Origin: Lama guanicoe
Taxonomy: Eukaryota
Length of the DNA: 64,000 nt
Assembly (NCBI GenBank): GCA_013239625.1
Contig: MU054187.1
Location: forward strand, 9,941,231 to 10,005,230
Direction: 5' to 3'
The translations under genes were made by a program, and so were the position numbers. Positions 13,167 to 25,449 of this stretch are shown piece after piece. The notes beneath the pieces are model-generated. The model saw nothing but the letters and a program-made list of their open reading frames with translations. It was not told the origin of the DNA and did no database searches. The first letter of the stretch is position 1. Each line of letters opens with the position of its first letter.

Positions 13167-13731
13167 GTGTCATGGGTTTGCAAGACCATCCCCAGTTTTG
13201 GTGATTTGCTGGGACTCATAGGACTTTGTTCAGATAGTTATGTTCATAGCTGTGATTTATTAACATTGAAAAAATACAAAGTAAAATCAGCAAAGAAAAA
13301 AGGTGCATGGGACAAAGTCTGAAGAAAACCAGGCACAAGCTTCAAAGAGTCCCCTGCCTGTGGGGTAGCACAGGAAATGCTTAATTCCTCTAGTATGGAA
13401 TTGTGACAAAATGGATGAAGTGTTGTCTACCAGAAAAGCACATTAGAAACTTAGGGTCCACTGCTTTTGTTTGCTGTTTTATTGGGCTGGTCACATAGGC
13501 ACCCTTTTCCTGTGTGTACCAAAATTCTGGACTCCCTGAAGGAAAGCAGGTGTTCAGCAGAAACTATATTGTTTGTACAGTTTAGGCACAGTGGACTACT
13601 TTTATCAGTTCTGAGAATGGTAGACTCTTCCCAAAATCTATGTTCCCAGGTGCCAGCTAAGGGCCAAGCTTGCAAACAGGTCTTCCTAAGGGTAAACAGT
13701 CTCAGGCTTGCTCTGTTTACTCTTTTCTGCA
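13167..13731. mobile_element. Solo ERVL-type LTR (MER77/MER21-like)
   Basis: caagaccatccccag..aaaatcagcaaag..aaccaggcacaagcttc..actcttttctgca matches the recalled consensus. Confidence 0.65.
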
Positions 13732-15173
13732 AATGTGTTTTTATATAGATCCAGTATAATGAACTCTGGTTGCCTGGAATTTTTAATTACAAATTTGAAC
13801 GTGAGTTTATATTTGCCTGTTCCTTAAGTGGTAGAAATAAGGAATGTCACTAAACTGATATGTCATTTTAAGGGAGAGATTTGAGCATTTCGGTGTTAGA
13901 TATAAAAATCAGCTGTGTTTTGATAAGTTGAAATAAATTTGAAATTCTTTTCTGAAGGGCCTGGGGAGAGTTCTGTAATTTTAGATATGGGTAAAAAATG
14001 GAAGCCATTTATTTGCTATGCTGCAGGTCATACATTATTAAGGTTACAGTTTCAGGTAGTCTTTTGTCTGCAGATGATATTGACAACGTATGATGAAGAC
14101 AGAGAAAATTTTATGTGCTGGATCTGTGGAGAGTGATAAGTTCCTTTTCTTCTAAAAATTGCCATTTTTCCTGTGATAATGAAATTCACCTAAAATATTG
14201 AATAATACTTTAACAGCCTTTTTTTGTTCAACCAACGATCCTCATGAGAGACAATATAGTTTGTTAACTCAATAGCCATGCGAAGAGATATGAGTTAGGA
14301 AATGCTGATTTCCATGAGTAGTGATAAATGTTGGTATAAAAAGTTCATGTTGGTTTCTCTGGTATGAGAAATTAAGCTAAAGAAATCTATGTTTGCCAAG
14401 TGGAAAAAAGAGATTAATTGAAAAACATTTTAAAAATATTTTCTGAAAAGAATTCTTAAGAAGAAAATAAAAAACATTCTAATCTTTCTTTTTGTTGTTC
14501 ATGACCTTGTGAATAAAGTGAACTAATTATTTGCTACCCATGCATCAGCCTATTTGTGTATAATGTTTTCTGTTTGCCTATTGCTAATGTTTAGTATTTC
14601 ATGTGATTTACAGTGTTAGCAAATGTTGTGGCTTGCTCCATTTGATTTAATTTAATGGTAAGATTGCTGCTGTATTTTTAAGTTAAAAAGATTTGTATAT
14701 GTACTGAAATAATTCCCACAATCTATGAATTTTGATTAAAATTGATCTCATTTTGAAATTTGACTATTATCTTTGTGAGGGTATGTAGACATGGTCCTTA
14801 CCAAGTACCTAGAATAGTAGTTGGCACGTACTAGGTACTCAGTAAATATTTGAATAAATGAACAATAAAAAACTCTTGGTATTGCATAATTTTGATACTA
14901 AAAAATTCTTGAAGTTATATTGAAATAATTTATAATAACCTCCTTTTGTTTTAATGACTACTGAATCTAAACTCTTGGTGTCTCTAATTAACCAGCAGGT
15001 CATACTTGAGTCAAATCTCATTTGAATTAATTTTAGAATGTATTTACTGTAAAACTGCATTACAACACTTTGTTCCCTTTAATATTTCCAACATCAAATG
15101 TAAAAATACCAAAAAGAGATCAGAGAAGTCCACTGTATGTGGAACAAGCTCTATAAGCTAATGTGTTTTTAAG

Positions 15174-15272
15174 GATGTACGGGAACAGACGAGGGAATGT
15201 GCCTCCTAAGGAGTATGGTGGTGATGTCACAGAACAGTCAAACATACGAATTTCATCTGCTGGAAACCAAAG
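15174..15272 (+). CDS. CSPP1: CSPP1 exon 6 (99 nt): [32 protein letters not shown]
   Basis: gtttttaag acceptor, AAG|gtatcg donor, phase 2-2. Confidence 0.9.
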
Positions 15273-16389
15273 GTATCGTACATAATATAACTTCTGCCCT
15301 TCAGTCATTGTACTGTAAAACAGCAACTGCTAAAACAGGCTTGCTGAAAAGTAGAAGGGTATAGTATATTAACACCTCCCTTGTTTAGTGAGAAAGGCAT
15401 TAAAGAGGATGTAGGGGAAGGGGAGAATTGTGTTAAAACTTTTTGATACTTTACAGCATTCTTTTGAAGAGCAAAATTTAAGTGCGCCAAGGTGTTCTGA
15501 TTCCCTATCATTATAAAATATATAAATTTGAACTAATGAAAGGAGAAATAAGCATATACTTTAATGGACTAAAAATCAATTTAAAATATTCTGGAGTTAT
15601 AGAGGTGATGTAACTTGAAATAAATTGAAAATATTCTTGTAATGTGAGTTTTCCTTTCAAAACTTTGTTTTTGGTTTTTAGCGTACTGAGTAGATAACTT
15701 TTATGCTTACTTTGTGAAATTAGTGCTCATACATAATTGTGTCATGGTTCAAAAAAGGAAATTATATGTATTTTATATTCATGTTCTCTATAGAAATTTT
15801 ATCATTTTGGTAGCTTTCTTGTACATAAGGATAAATAGTTTTGAATTTGTAGTGCATAATGAAGATCATATTGTCATGTGTCAGGAGTCTATTTTCTTTG
15901 AAGAAAGAAACATAAAAATGCTTGAGATAGAGAATTTGCTATTTGAGTCTAATTAATTAAATTTTCTTTGAGAAAGTTGTCTTTTTTTCGTTGTTCCTGT
16001 CTTTCAAAGAAGGAGTTTTTTAGAGATGATCTTCTTTTCCAAATTTGGGTATAGGTATTACCTTGCTCTTCTTTTTTAGAATTCATGTGTACTTCCGTTC
16101 ATTTTCTTTACTGGGTAACTGTTCTTATGAAAAAGGGTTTTATTGGGAATCTGTAGAGTCAATGAAGCTGGCTGAAGAAAAAGGTCACGTATTTAGAGAG
16201 CCTCAGCGGTGGGGTCCCACTATATAAAGAGAGAAAATGCCATGATTTTACCTTAACTTTAAAAATATGTATCTATTATAATGTCCATAGTACTTTGAAA
16301 GGCCAACAACTCATACCTACATTTTACCCTAAATTTTTGTTTCCTGAAAATTATTTGGGTTCTAATTCTTTCTGGCTTTTTGTTTTTAG

Positions 16390-16460
16390 CGGTCGAGACA
16401 ACGTACCATCAAAACCTGCTAACCGAGAGATCTGTAGCCCTTTTGCAGGGATGCTCTTTG
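16390..16460 (+). CDS. CSPP1: CSPP1 exon 7 (71 nt): GRDNVPSKPANREICSPFAGMLF
   Basis: tttgtttttag acceptor, TTG|gtatgt donor, phase 2 to 1. Confidence 0.92.
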
Positions 16461-17649
16461 GTATGTACAAACCCTCCAATTGATTAGACTTTTGTGGAGT
16501 GTTTTATGAAAGGTGTTTGTGAGAACTCAGCATTGTAATTAATACTGCTTTTACTACTAATAAAAAACATTTCTCTAGTGTTTACTTTGTGCTAGGCACT
16601 ATGCTAAGCATTTATAAACATTTAACATGTTTTATATAGCTCTATATATAATTTTAAAGCTAAATAACTTATTTAGTGATGAACTTTCTATTGATGATAA
16701 ATGAAATATTAATTTCAGTAAATTTTTTATTTCATATTTTATTAGCACCTTGTTGTAGTGTGGCTATTTCTTATGTTCTGTTTCATATGTGATAGTTTTT
16801 TTTTTCTTCATTCCTTTTCTTAGCTAGCACAGAACTGCCTTGCATTTTAGTTCATTTTCCCTGAACTAAATCTTTTTATCCTTTGATAAACATCCTTTCC
16901 CATTTTTTTTCATGTAGTTTCTAGGAAGTGTTTTGTTCAAATCATGACTATAATCCAAATTTTCTATTTATCAGAAATGACGATCATTGCTCAAGATAAG
17001 CATGTTGATTTGCTATTTTAACTTGTCACAATTTAATTTCAGAAACAGTGTGAAGAGAGTGTATTTCCTGTGTGTAACTTCAAGTAGAAAAGTGGTCTGT
17101 TCTTTGTGTAAAAAAAACTATTAGAAAAAATAACTTGAAATTTGGTTTCAGTGAGGTATATGAAGAAATTGGATAATAGTTCAGATTCATTCAACCTAAA
17201 AGCAGTCAGTAATTTAAATTTTTGCTTAGAGATACATAATTGCATGATATTTTTCAGACCTTTCTTTCTTTGAAATGGCTATTATGAGAAAAATGGCATA
17301 ACACCTAGAATTTTATTCTAGTGTAATATCGTTAAATGAGAATTGACCAATTAAACCTATCAGTACAGAGTAATGACTTCAATCTTATGGTGTATGTTGT
17401 TAAACATGGTAAAAGTTTGAGAAATGGCTTTCTATGTTGAGAAACCACTGACAAATAATTTTACCAATAAATAGATTACTCTACCTTGAAATTGAATGGA
17501 ATGAATTTATCATTAATGCAATCCAGGAATTATAGGTTAGTATTTGATAGTAGTCCTAATGTTTGGAACAAATTATTAAACTAATTTAATAGAAAGGTCA
17601 TTTAAAGCTCTCTCTTTCAGAGGCCTTATTTTAAACCTAACTAGAGACA

Positions 17650-18258
17650 TGTAGAGTAGCCTTCCCTCTGGGGAGATTGTTCAGCCTTACTGCTACAGAG
17701 TGACCTTTCTGGGACTCTTCCCTTAATCCCTTTAGAGGTGCACCAAGAACTCCACTCTGACTGGCTGGAGCTTGAATTTCTTTCCACTTTGTTTAAGGAG
17801 GTCTGAGAATTCAGTTTGTGTGTCCTCCATAATTTTTGGCCCAGACAAATGGAATTTCACTCTGCATACACAGGCTAGTGCATAGTAAAGTCTGAAAGAA
17901 TCCCTTTATGCATTTCTAAAGCCCTTTTTACGCTTTTTTTGAATCTTTGCCCTGAACTTCTAGCTACTTCAGCTCTCCTGAATGTTGATCTTTATCTGCT
18001 CAATTAAACATAGTTTCATGACTTTTGTTTGGGGTTTCCCTTCCTATATTCATGGAAATTGCATGCAGGCAGAAACAGGGGTGCCTAAAGGGCTCACTTC
18101 ATTTATGTACCTTCTCTCAGATATTACAGTTGTGTGCTGTCTGTTGTCCACTGTCTGAAAAATAGTTATTTCATATATTTTGCCTAGTTCAGTTATTTTT
18201 TTTAATGGAGGGAGGTTAAATTCTGTGCTTATTACTCCATCATGATCAGAAGCAGAAT
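17650..18258 (-). mobile_element. Ancient L1 5' region fragment (L1ME-like)
   Basis: gggctcacttcatt..ctgtctgttgtccactgtctgaaaa..ttactccatcatgatcagaagcagaa resembles an old L1 5' end in reverse. Confidence 0.5.
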
Positions 18259-18514
18259 GACTTTATCTACTTCAATTGTAAAACGTTATTAATCTTAACA
18301 TAACTTATGTTACTCCTACGGGAGCTTCACTGTTGCTGACATCTATGCTTAATGGACAAACTCAGATGCTGTATGTCCATGGTGGGTGGAAGACTCATAT
18401 TTCAAGTGGTAAAGAAAGTGCTGATTCAGTTGCATTTTTGATACCCTGTGATTCGTGTAGTGTTCCAGATTATACATATCCAGATTAAGAGGTTATTTTG
18501 TGTCATTAACATGT

Positions 18515-18548
18515 GTAGTAGTAGTAATAATAACAATAATAATAATAA
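18515..18548. repeat. Compound (TAG)n(TAA)n microsatellite
   Basis: gtagtagtagtaataataacaataataataataat. Confidence 0.8.
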
Positions 18549-19333
18549 TCTCTTGTGGATCCAAAATGTTTGCACAACTGGACTTTGATGTAAGTGATAC
18601 CAGCATGAGAGGTTTATATATTTTTTTCTATAGACTTGAGGTGTAACCATTGAAGTTTTTTGAGCATGGCGTCATTGTGATTAATACTGTATTTTAAGAC
18701 AGTTAATTCTTAAGACAGTTAATTTTAAATGTGTTGAATGTATTAGAGTAAGGAGGGAAGGAGTTCTGGAGACTTGTTAAAAGGTTATTGCTGCAATTCA
18801 GGTAAAACGTAAAGAGGTCCTATCCAAGGTAGATGGCTATGAGAATAGAGAAGAGGGTCCCCACGTGAAGTAAAGAAGAAAGGATGAACCATCAAAGTTA
18901 AAGTGAGGTTTTGATGCTCGATTATTGGGCCATTAACAGAAAACAAAGAGGGACGGTTGCTTTTGGGATGTTCATTTTGGACACACTTATTAAATTTAAG
19001 GGGCTTGTGAGATATATTAGGGAAGATATTATCCTGATTATTGGAAAAATGGATATAGAGATTAGAGTATTCTCTTATATAAGAAGGTTTTTGACTAATG
19101 TAGAAGTTTGGGAAGAATTAATGTGTCTTGTGTTTGACACATAGTGGATACTCATAAACTATGAAATTAATTGAATAGGGAATGATACAATATGATTTTA
19201 CCTTCTATATTTGCTGCATATGCAGTAATTACTCTTTGATATAATTTAAAATGGAGATTTTTTTAAAAATGGGCTTTCCAGTTACATATGTTGCTTAAGA
19301 GTTAAGACTGCATTTTTTCTTACCACTTTCTAG

Positions 19334-19427
19334 GAGGTGAAGATCGAGAACTTATTCAGAGAAGGAAAGAGAAATACAGACAAGAACTATTAGAACAAAT
19401 GGCTGAACAACAGAAGAACAAGAGACG
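19334..19427 (+). CDS. CSPP1: CSPP1 exon 8 (94 nt): [30 protein letters not shown]
   Basis: actttctag acceptor, ACG|gtaatg donor, phase 1 to 2. Confidence 0.95.
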
Positions 19428-19665
19428 GTAATGAAAGGTTTGCATTTAAAATGCATTTGTTTAAAATGATATGATGGTAACTATTACATAGTAAGATAAG
19501 GAGACATTTTTCTGTATTTGTAAATCATTCTGTTTCAGTCTCCACATTGTACATCAGCCAGGCTAATAAATACTGAGATCATTAATTTTCTTTGTCAAAA
19601 GCAATAAGAGACTATGTATATATCCTATAACAGACCTGTACATATCTTCATTAATTTCTTCAATT

Positions 19666-19783
19666 CTGGGGGGAAGGTAAATTAGGTTTGTTTATTTATT
19701 TATTTAACTGGAAGTACTGGGAATTGAACCAAGGACCTCGTGCATACTAAGCACGCACTCTACCACTGAGCTATGCCCTCCCC
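19666..19783 (-). mobile_element. tRNA-derived camelid SINE (Vic-1 type) with 14-bp TSD
   Basis: Reverse strand ggggagggcatagctcagtggtagagtgcg..ggttcaattcccagtac (pol III A and B boxes); TSD taatttcttcaatt at 19652-19665 and 19784-19797. Confidence 0.9.
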
Positions 19784-20548
19784 TAATTTCTTCAATTTTT
19801 AATTTAAGATAGCATGTAATGTTACCTACATGCCCACTGTATTACCCCATATATAGTAACAAATATAAAATGAATATTTTGTCTTTTAGCAATGAAATAG
19901 TAAGCACACACATACTTGCTATATAAAAGTAATCGTGATAGATCCACAATACTTATATTGTATACACGTCTCAAAATTTGTAATCTTTCATGTAGAGATA
20001 CCTGTGAAATACTAAGTCCAGTTTAAAATTAGGGATATGTATCTAGGTTCTAGAGAATTTCATACCTGTCATCTTTTAGTTTTGCTTTTTTTCTTCTATC
20101 TTAGAGGAAGCCAGTGTACACTGTCTGATACTACCCATCTCTAACATCATTTGCTTAAAAACTCTTACTGGAAAGTATGGTATTAATTTTTAATTTTTTA
20201 ACCTTTTTTTTTGTGAACTAAAGATATACATGTACCCTAAAAGAAATTTTTTTCCCCACAAATTAAAGATTTTATTTTATTTCTGTGCTTTATTCTCTGT
20301 GAATTGCTTAGGCTTTGAAGTATCCCATGCACACTTATTCTACGTCAGTTTACATGTGAATACTAGTGTACTTTGCACCAAATCAGAAAGTTTAGATTTC
20401 AGAATTATTTACTTTATTGTCAGTTAAAGGAATTGTTTGTTTTTGGAGATGTTATCGCATGGACTTTGTAAGTTTGTTTCAGTAATGATTATGATTTTGA
20501 TAGTGTTTGTTACAACTTTTTAATGCATTAAACTTTAATTTTGTTTAG

Positions 20549-20606
20549 AGAAAAAGATTTGGACCTCAGAGTTGCAGCTTCTGGAGCACAAGACCCTGAG
20601 AAATCG
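20549..20606 (+). CDS. CSPP1: CSPP1 exon 9 (58 nt): EKDLDLRVAASGAQDPEKS
   Basis: ttttgtttag acceptor, TCG|gtaagg donor, phase 2 to 0. Confidence 0.94.
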
Positions 20607-21773
20607 GTAAGGGTTCTTGTCTCCTTTTAATTAATCTTTCATTCAAATAAGCCTCAAATGTAGTGGCAGGTAGAGACAAAAGATATTGGGGAAAATGTAA
20701 GAGTGGACCAATCTGAACAGTAATAAACTAAATTCAATTCTCATAAAACAGTAAGTCCTAACTCTCACTTGTTTATTTCTCTAAGATAACTTTTCCTTTT
20801 TCATGTGTGCGTTTTTAAGTTTTCTTATAAATTAGTTGTTTTCCATTTTGTTTACAGGCACTATTCCATGGGAAAGTTATTTTGGTTTAATTTATAATAT
20901 ATGTTAATATTTTCCTTGATTGTATCTTGACCATTTTTCTTATGCTAGAGGGATTTCCAAAGGAACTGAAATCTAATTCTGGCCTTTAAGCATTTTATTA
21001 ATTTTCATTTAATGTAAATCTAGAAGTAATAATTTATTTTTACTTTAATTTTTCAATTCTCATAATTGGAATGAATTACACACATCACTGCAGTTAAGTA
21101 AGGAGGAGGTAATAATTTATTACTCTTCTTGAAAGATACTTTTTTTTAGTTGGATGTGTAGAATTTATTTGGTAAGGCGAGTTTTTGTTTCATCTTTAAT
21201 GATAAAGGAACTTTAATTTTATTAAAATTTTCATTAAAAAGTTCATTCTTAAGAAGAATACAGCAGCTTAAATTTATTCAGCTGTAGGCAACTTTTTTCA
21301 TACTTTTTCTTATGCTATATATATATATCCTGTGAATTATCCATTTTAAAAAGTTTAATATTCTACTAGCATCGCTCCCAGTGTGCTTTTTGACTACTCA
21401 TAGAATAAAACTTTTAGATTTTAGAAATCATTCCTGGGAAATTAAACATGCTGGGAAAAAAGGATTAAATTCCAAAGCTGAATATATTTTCCCCTATCAG
21501 TAAATACCTTTGAAATAGTTCTGACCATCAAAAATTTCCTTTTAAAGTTTTGAACTTTTTAATGTAATTTAGTGGCATGTTAAACCTTGCATTTATAGTT
21601 ACCTTAATGTTTGATGGATCTTCTTATTTATATTTGAATGAAACAACCTTTAGATTGTCAAGTTGCTTTATGAGAATAAATAAATAAAAATATTAGATAT
21701 AATAGTTGATTACTTTTGGGCTTGCTTTTGATTCACAAACCTTAGAGAAGGACGCATAAATGATGTTCTGGAG

Positions 21774-21972
21774 CAGGGGTTAGCAAACTGTAGCCTGTGG
21801 CCAAATCCTGTTGCTGCCTGTTTTTATAAATAAAGTTGTATTGCAGCACACTGTTGCTCATTTGCTTACATGTTATTTTGGGCTACTTTAGTAGTTATGA
21901 AGAGACCACATGGCCTGCAAGGCCTGATATATTTACTAGCTGGCTCTTCACAGAAAGCATTTGCTGACTCCG
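21774..21972 (+). mobile_element. MER58A-like hAT-Charlie MITE
   Basis: TIRs caggggttagcaaa / tttgctgactccg; 8-bp TSD ttctggag (21766-21773) / ttctagag (21973-21980). Confidence 0.85.
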
Positions 21973-22323
21973 TTCTAGAGAATATTTTGGTGTTGAAATA
22001 CTTTGATGGCAATTGGGTAGTGAAGCAGCATACTGTTGGAGTATAATAGAGTTTTATATTTGGAATTAATACCTGGCTCTTGTCTTTGCTTGATTATTTA
22101 TTAATGGTGGGCCCTTAGGTGATTTATCTACTTTTAGGGAGCCTCAGTTATCATTTTTATAAGATAAGAATTGGATCTTTGAAATCTTTTATAGCTGTAA
22201 AATTGTTATTCTATGTCTAACTTAAGTGCCTTCTGGCAGTTTGGGATGGAGGGTCTTTTGAGGTCCCTTCTACCTTTAAATTTATGGTCATGTGTAACAA
22301 ACAGATTTTTTTCTTTATTTTAG

Positions 22324-22532
22324 CCTGATAGACTAAAGCAGTTTAGTGTGGCACCAAGACACTTTGAAGAGACGATACCACCTGAAAGACCCAGAGTAGC
22401 TTTCCAGACACCTCTCCCTCCTTTATCTGCCCCATCTGTCCCACCCATCCCATCAGTTTACTCCATCCCATCTCAAAATGAAGATTTGCACAATGGACTC
22501 AGCAGCACCCTTGGTGAAATGGTGCCTCCCAG
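22324..22532 (+). CDS. CSPP1: CSPP1 exon 10 (209 nt): [41 protein letters not shown]...GEMVPP
   Basis: ttctttattttag acceptor, CAG|gtgctt donor, phase 0 to 2; proline-rich. Confidence 0.94.
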
Positions 22533-24538
22533 GTGCTTGTTTAAAATGTTTTGTGTTTGGGAATTAGGTAAGGTATCGGATTTATGCTTTATATTTGGAA
22601 GGATTTGCTGAAGCAGATAAATGTTATCCTTCAGAGATTTTTGTACAATTAACGGCTTTTGTCAAATAATTTCCATTGAAATTTATTTTCATTGTTGATC
22701 TTTTCTTCGTTATAAAAACAAGGTAAATCTTACAACATTCTTTTATCGTTTAAAGATGCTTCAGTATTTTAAAAATGAAAAAGTACATTTAGTATTTAGC
22801 TTTAGATTATGTTTTAAAATAATCTATTTTTAATATCTTTTTACATATAAAAGCTGTACATTTTTAATTTTGTCATTTCCACTTGGCAAACATTGACTGC
22901 TTCCTTCAGTTAATGGAGAAAAAGTTTCTAATGTGACTTTATATATATTACTTAATTTTAGTTTCTGTTTCCTTCAACTCTTTCGCTGATTACTTACAGG
23001 CTATGCAACTCAAATACTGGAAATAATGCGTTGAGGTCATAAAACCTATAATTTAGGTATTAGGGTAAAGATTTGATTTCCATAGGTAAACGGCATTGTG
23101 CTATACTGGACTAAACATAAAGAAAATCCTGTTAACATTGATGTTTTCTGGGCCGTACTTTCTTTTCTTAGTAGGATTTTAGCTTATTTTTTTGCTTACT
23201 ATTAATGTATTAATTGTAGGAATGTATTTAATTAGGTGTTTTTCCTTTTTTAACATTCAGATATTTTCTGGGTTATGCATTCTCTCAGTAGGACTTGGTC
23301 TTTTATTTACTGCTAATGAATTGTAGAACCATGTTTACTGTATTTATTAGACATTTGTTTCATCTAATGGCTTCCTGACTCAAAAGACTAGGCGGGTTTG
23401 AAATTACAGAGTATAGTATGATGGTCTCAGCATTGATTTAAGGATTAAAATGGTTGGCTTCACTGCCTGGATTTTGGGCAAACCACACTTTTATTGAACT
23501 TCAATTTTCTCATTTGTAGAAGTGGAATATATATGTATATGTTTTTTAATCTACAGTTACAGGGTTAAATCTTGTATAAATCTCTATAAAAATTTAAGAT
23601 TTAATGTTATTGACAGTTCCTTTTTATAGTAATTTTTCAACTGCTTTGTTGATATATCTATGGAGTGAGGATAGTAAGGTTGGACATATTGAATGATCAG
23701 TAAATGTGAAAAATATTAACGACTGAAGAGAACTTTAATGCCTTTGCAGCTCTTCAGAATTATTTTGCAGCATTTAACAAGGGAGAACCTAAGATACACT
23801 CAAGAGTGAAAACATTCTGTGATGCCTCCTGTCTCATCCTGTTCATTTAAAGGAATTTGCCTTTTCCATTCTAACTATTGGAAAATATTGCCTTGGTGGA
23901 AGTAGAGATACCTTCCTAATTATTAATGAAGTGCTGATACAGAGGTTTTCAGACGTGTAACTTAATGAAATGCTGAAAGTAATGTCAAAAATTTACTGTT
24001 GATATTTAAGTAGTTTCTTCTTCACATTATAGTTTACTTCCTTTGAAAGAACACTACATTTTTAGTTTAAAACATACACCTTTTCCCCAGTCAAATGGAA
24101 TCATTTGTAATCCCATTTTGTATCTCTTTTGCTTTTTTTCCTGTGCTGTCCTTCTCCCTGTGACTAACTCCCTTTAGCTTCCTTATGCTTTCCTCTTCTC
24201 CCTCCATGATCTATGTGCTCCTGCTCCACGTTCCTGTAGCACCCTGTGTCTACTTGTATTGTTTCATCTAATATACTCTGCTGTGATGTCTCTTTATTTC
24301 TGTATTATTCTTGAGGGATAGGGACCACGTTTGTTCAATACTGGCAGATAGTGACTAATTAGATATTCATTGAATATTATCCAAAGTTTTGTCTTATGTA
24401 AGTGTGCTGTACCTTAAATTCTGAAATTTTACCTTTTTTGCCTTTTGAGTCATAATTTTTTATAAGAGGTTAAAGCAACATGGTGGCTTTTCCTAAAGCA
24501 GCAATTAGATTTTCAGTAAGACTTTTGCAAAATAATAA

Positions 24539-24742
<204 letters not shown>

Positions 24743-25095
24743 TAAACATTAATTTCCAGTGGTTCAGTTAGGAAAATTGGTTTTTGTGCGAGCAAAAATA
24801 CATGAATGAGAAAAAGCACAGCTTTACTTAATTCAAATATTACATATTTATTGATTTCATAAATGTCCTATTTTTAAACTCACTTATGTTTTATAGTTAT
24901 TTCCTTTTTATCTAGATATGAGAAATAACTATTTTTATGGGGTTTTGTGTTTGGTTTGGTTTGGTTTTTTTGCATTATTTTTTGCTAACTCCTCACTCAG
25001 AAGGGAATGTGGATTTTTTTCCTTAGGTAACATTTTCCTTTAGGGATAGAGTGTTATTAAGTGGGTACTCTGAAATGTATTTGTTTTCTTTTAAG

Positions 25096-25174
25096 ATGGT
25101 TCAGGAATGATGGGAATGCAGCCTGCAGCTTATGTTAGCGCTCCTGTCAACCACCAGCCAGCGCCGCCTGTTGT
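25096..25174 (+). CDS. CSPP1: CSPP1 exon 12 (79 nt): GSGMMGMQPAAYVSAPVNHQPAPPV
   Basis: ttcttttaag acceptor, TGT|gtaagt donor, phase 1 to 2. Confidence 0.93.
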
Positions 25175-25449
25175 GTAAGTTGTTAGTTAAAACTATAATT
25201 TCTTTCAAGATAAATTTATCTTCCATAGAACCTCTATTGTTCAGTGCAGTTTTTTCTTCAGAACAGATATAACTTATTTTAATTTCCAATTATTGCATAA
25301 CCAGTATGTTCAGAGTATTTTAAGTCAGATGTACTAGCAGAATATGAATTAAAATAAAATTTGTTAGCTATAGTAATATCAGATTAAATGGACTTTTCAG
25401 TCATAAAGGTTTGTTTGAGACCAACATCCCTTTATAAAGCATAGAGGTT

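Noticed and set aside
15273..15280. U12-type intron (donor begins GTATC)
   Set aside because: Reads GTATCGTA, not GTATCCTT, and there is no TCCTTAAC branch site before the 16390 acceptor.
18694..18724. 16-bp-period micro-duplication ttaagacagttaatt x2
   Set aside because: Ordinary slippage duplication in intronic, repeat-derived sequence.
21150..21171. 22-nt pseudo-microexon (ttttttttag ... TTG|gtaagg) in intron 9
   Set aside because: Frameshifting with an in-frame TAG and no other support. Such AG/GT pairs are frequent in AT-rich introns.
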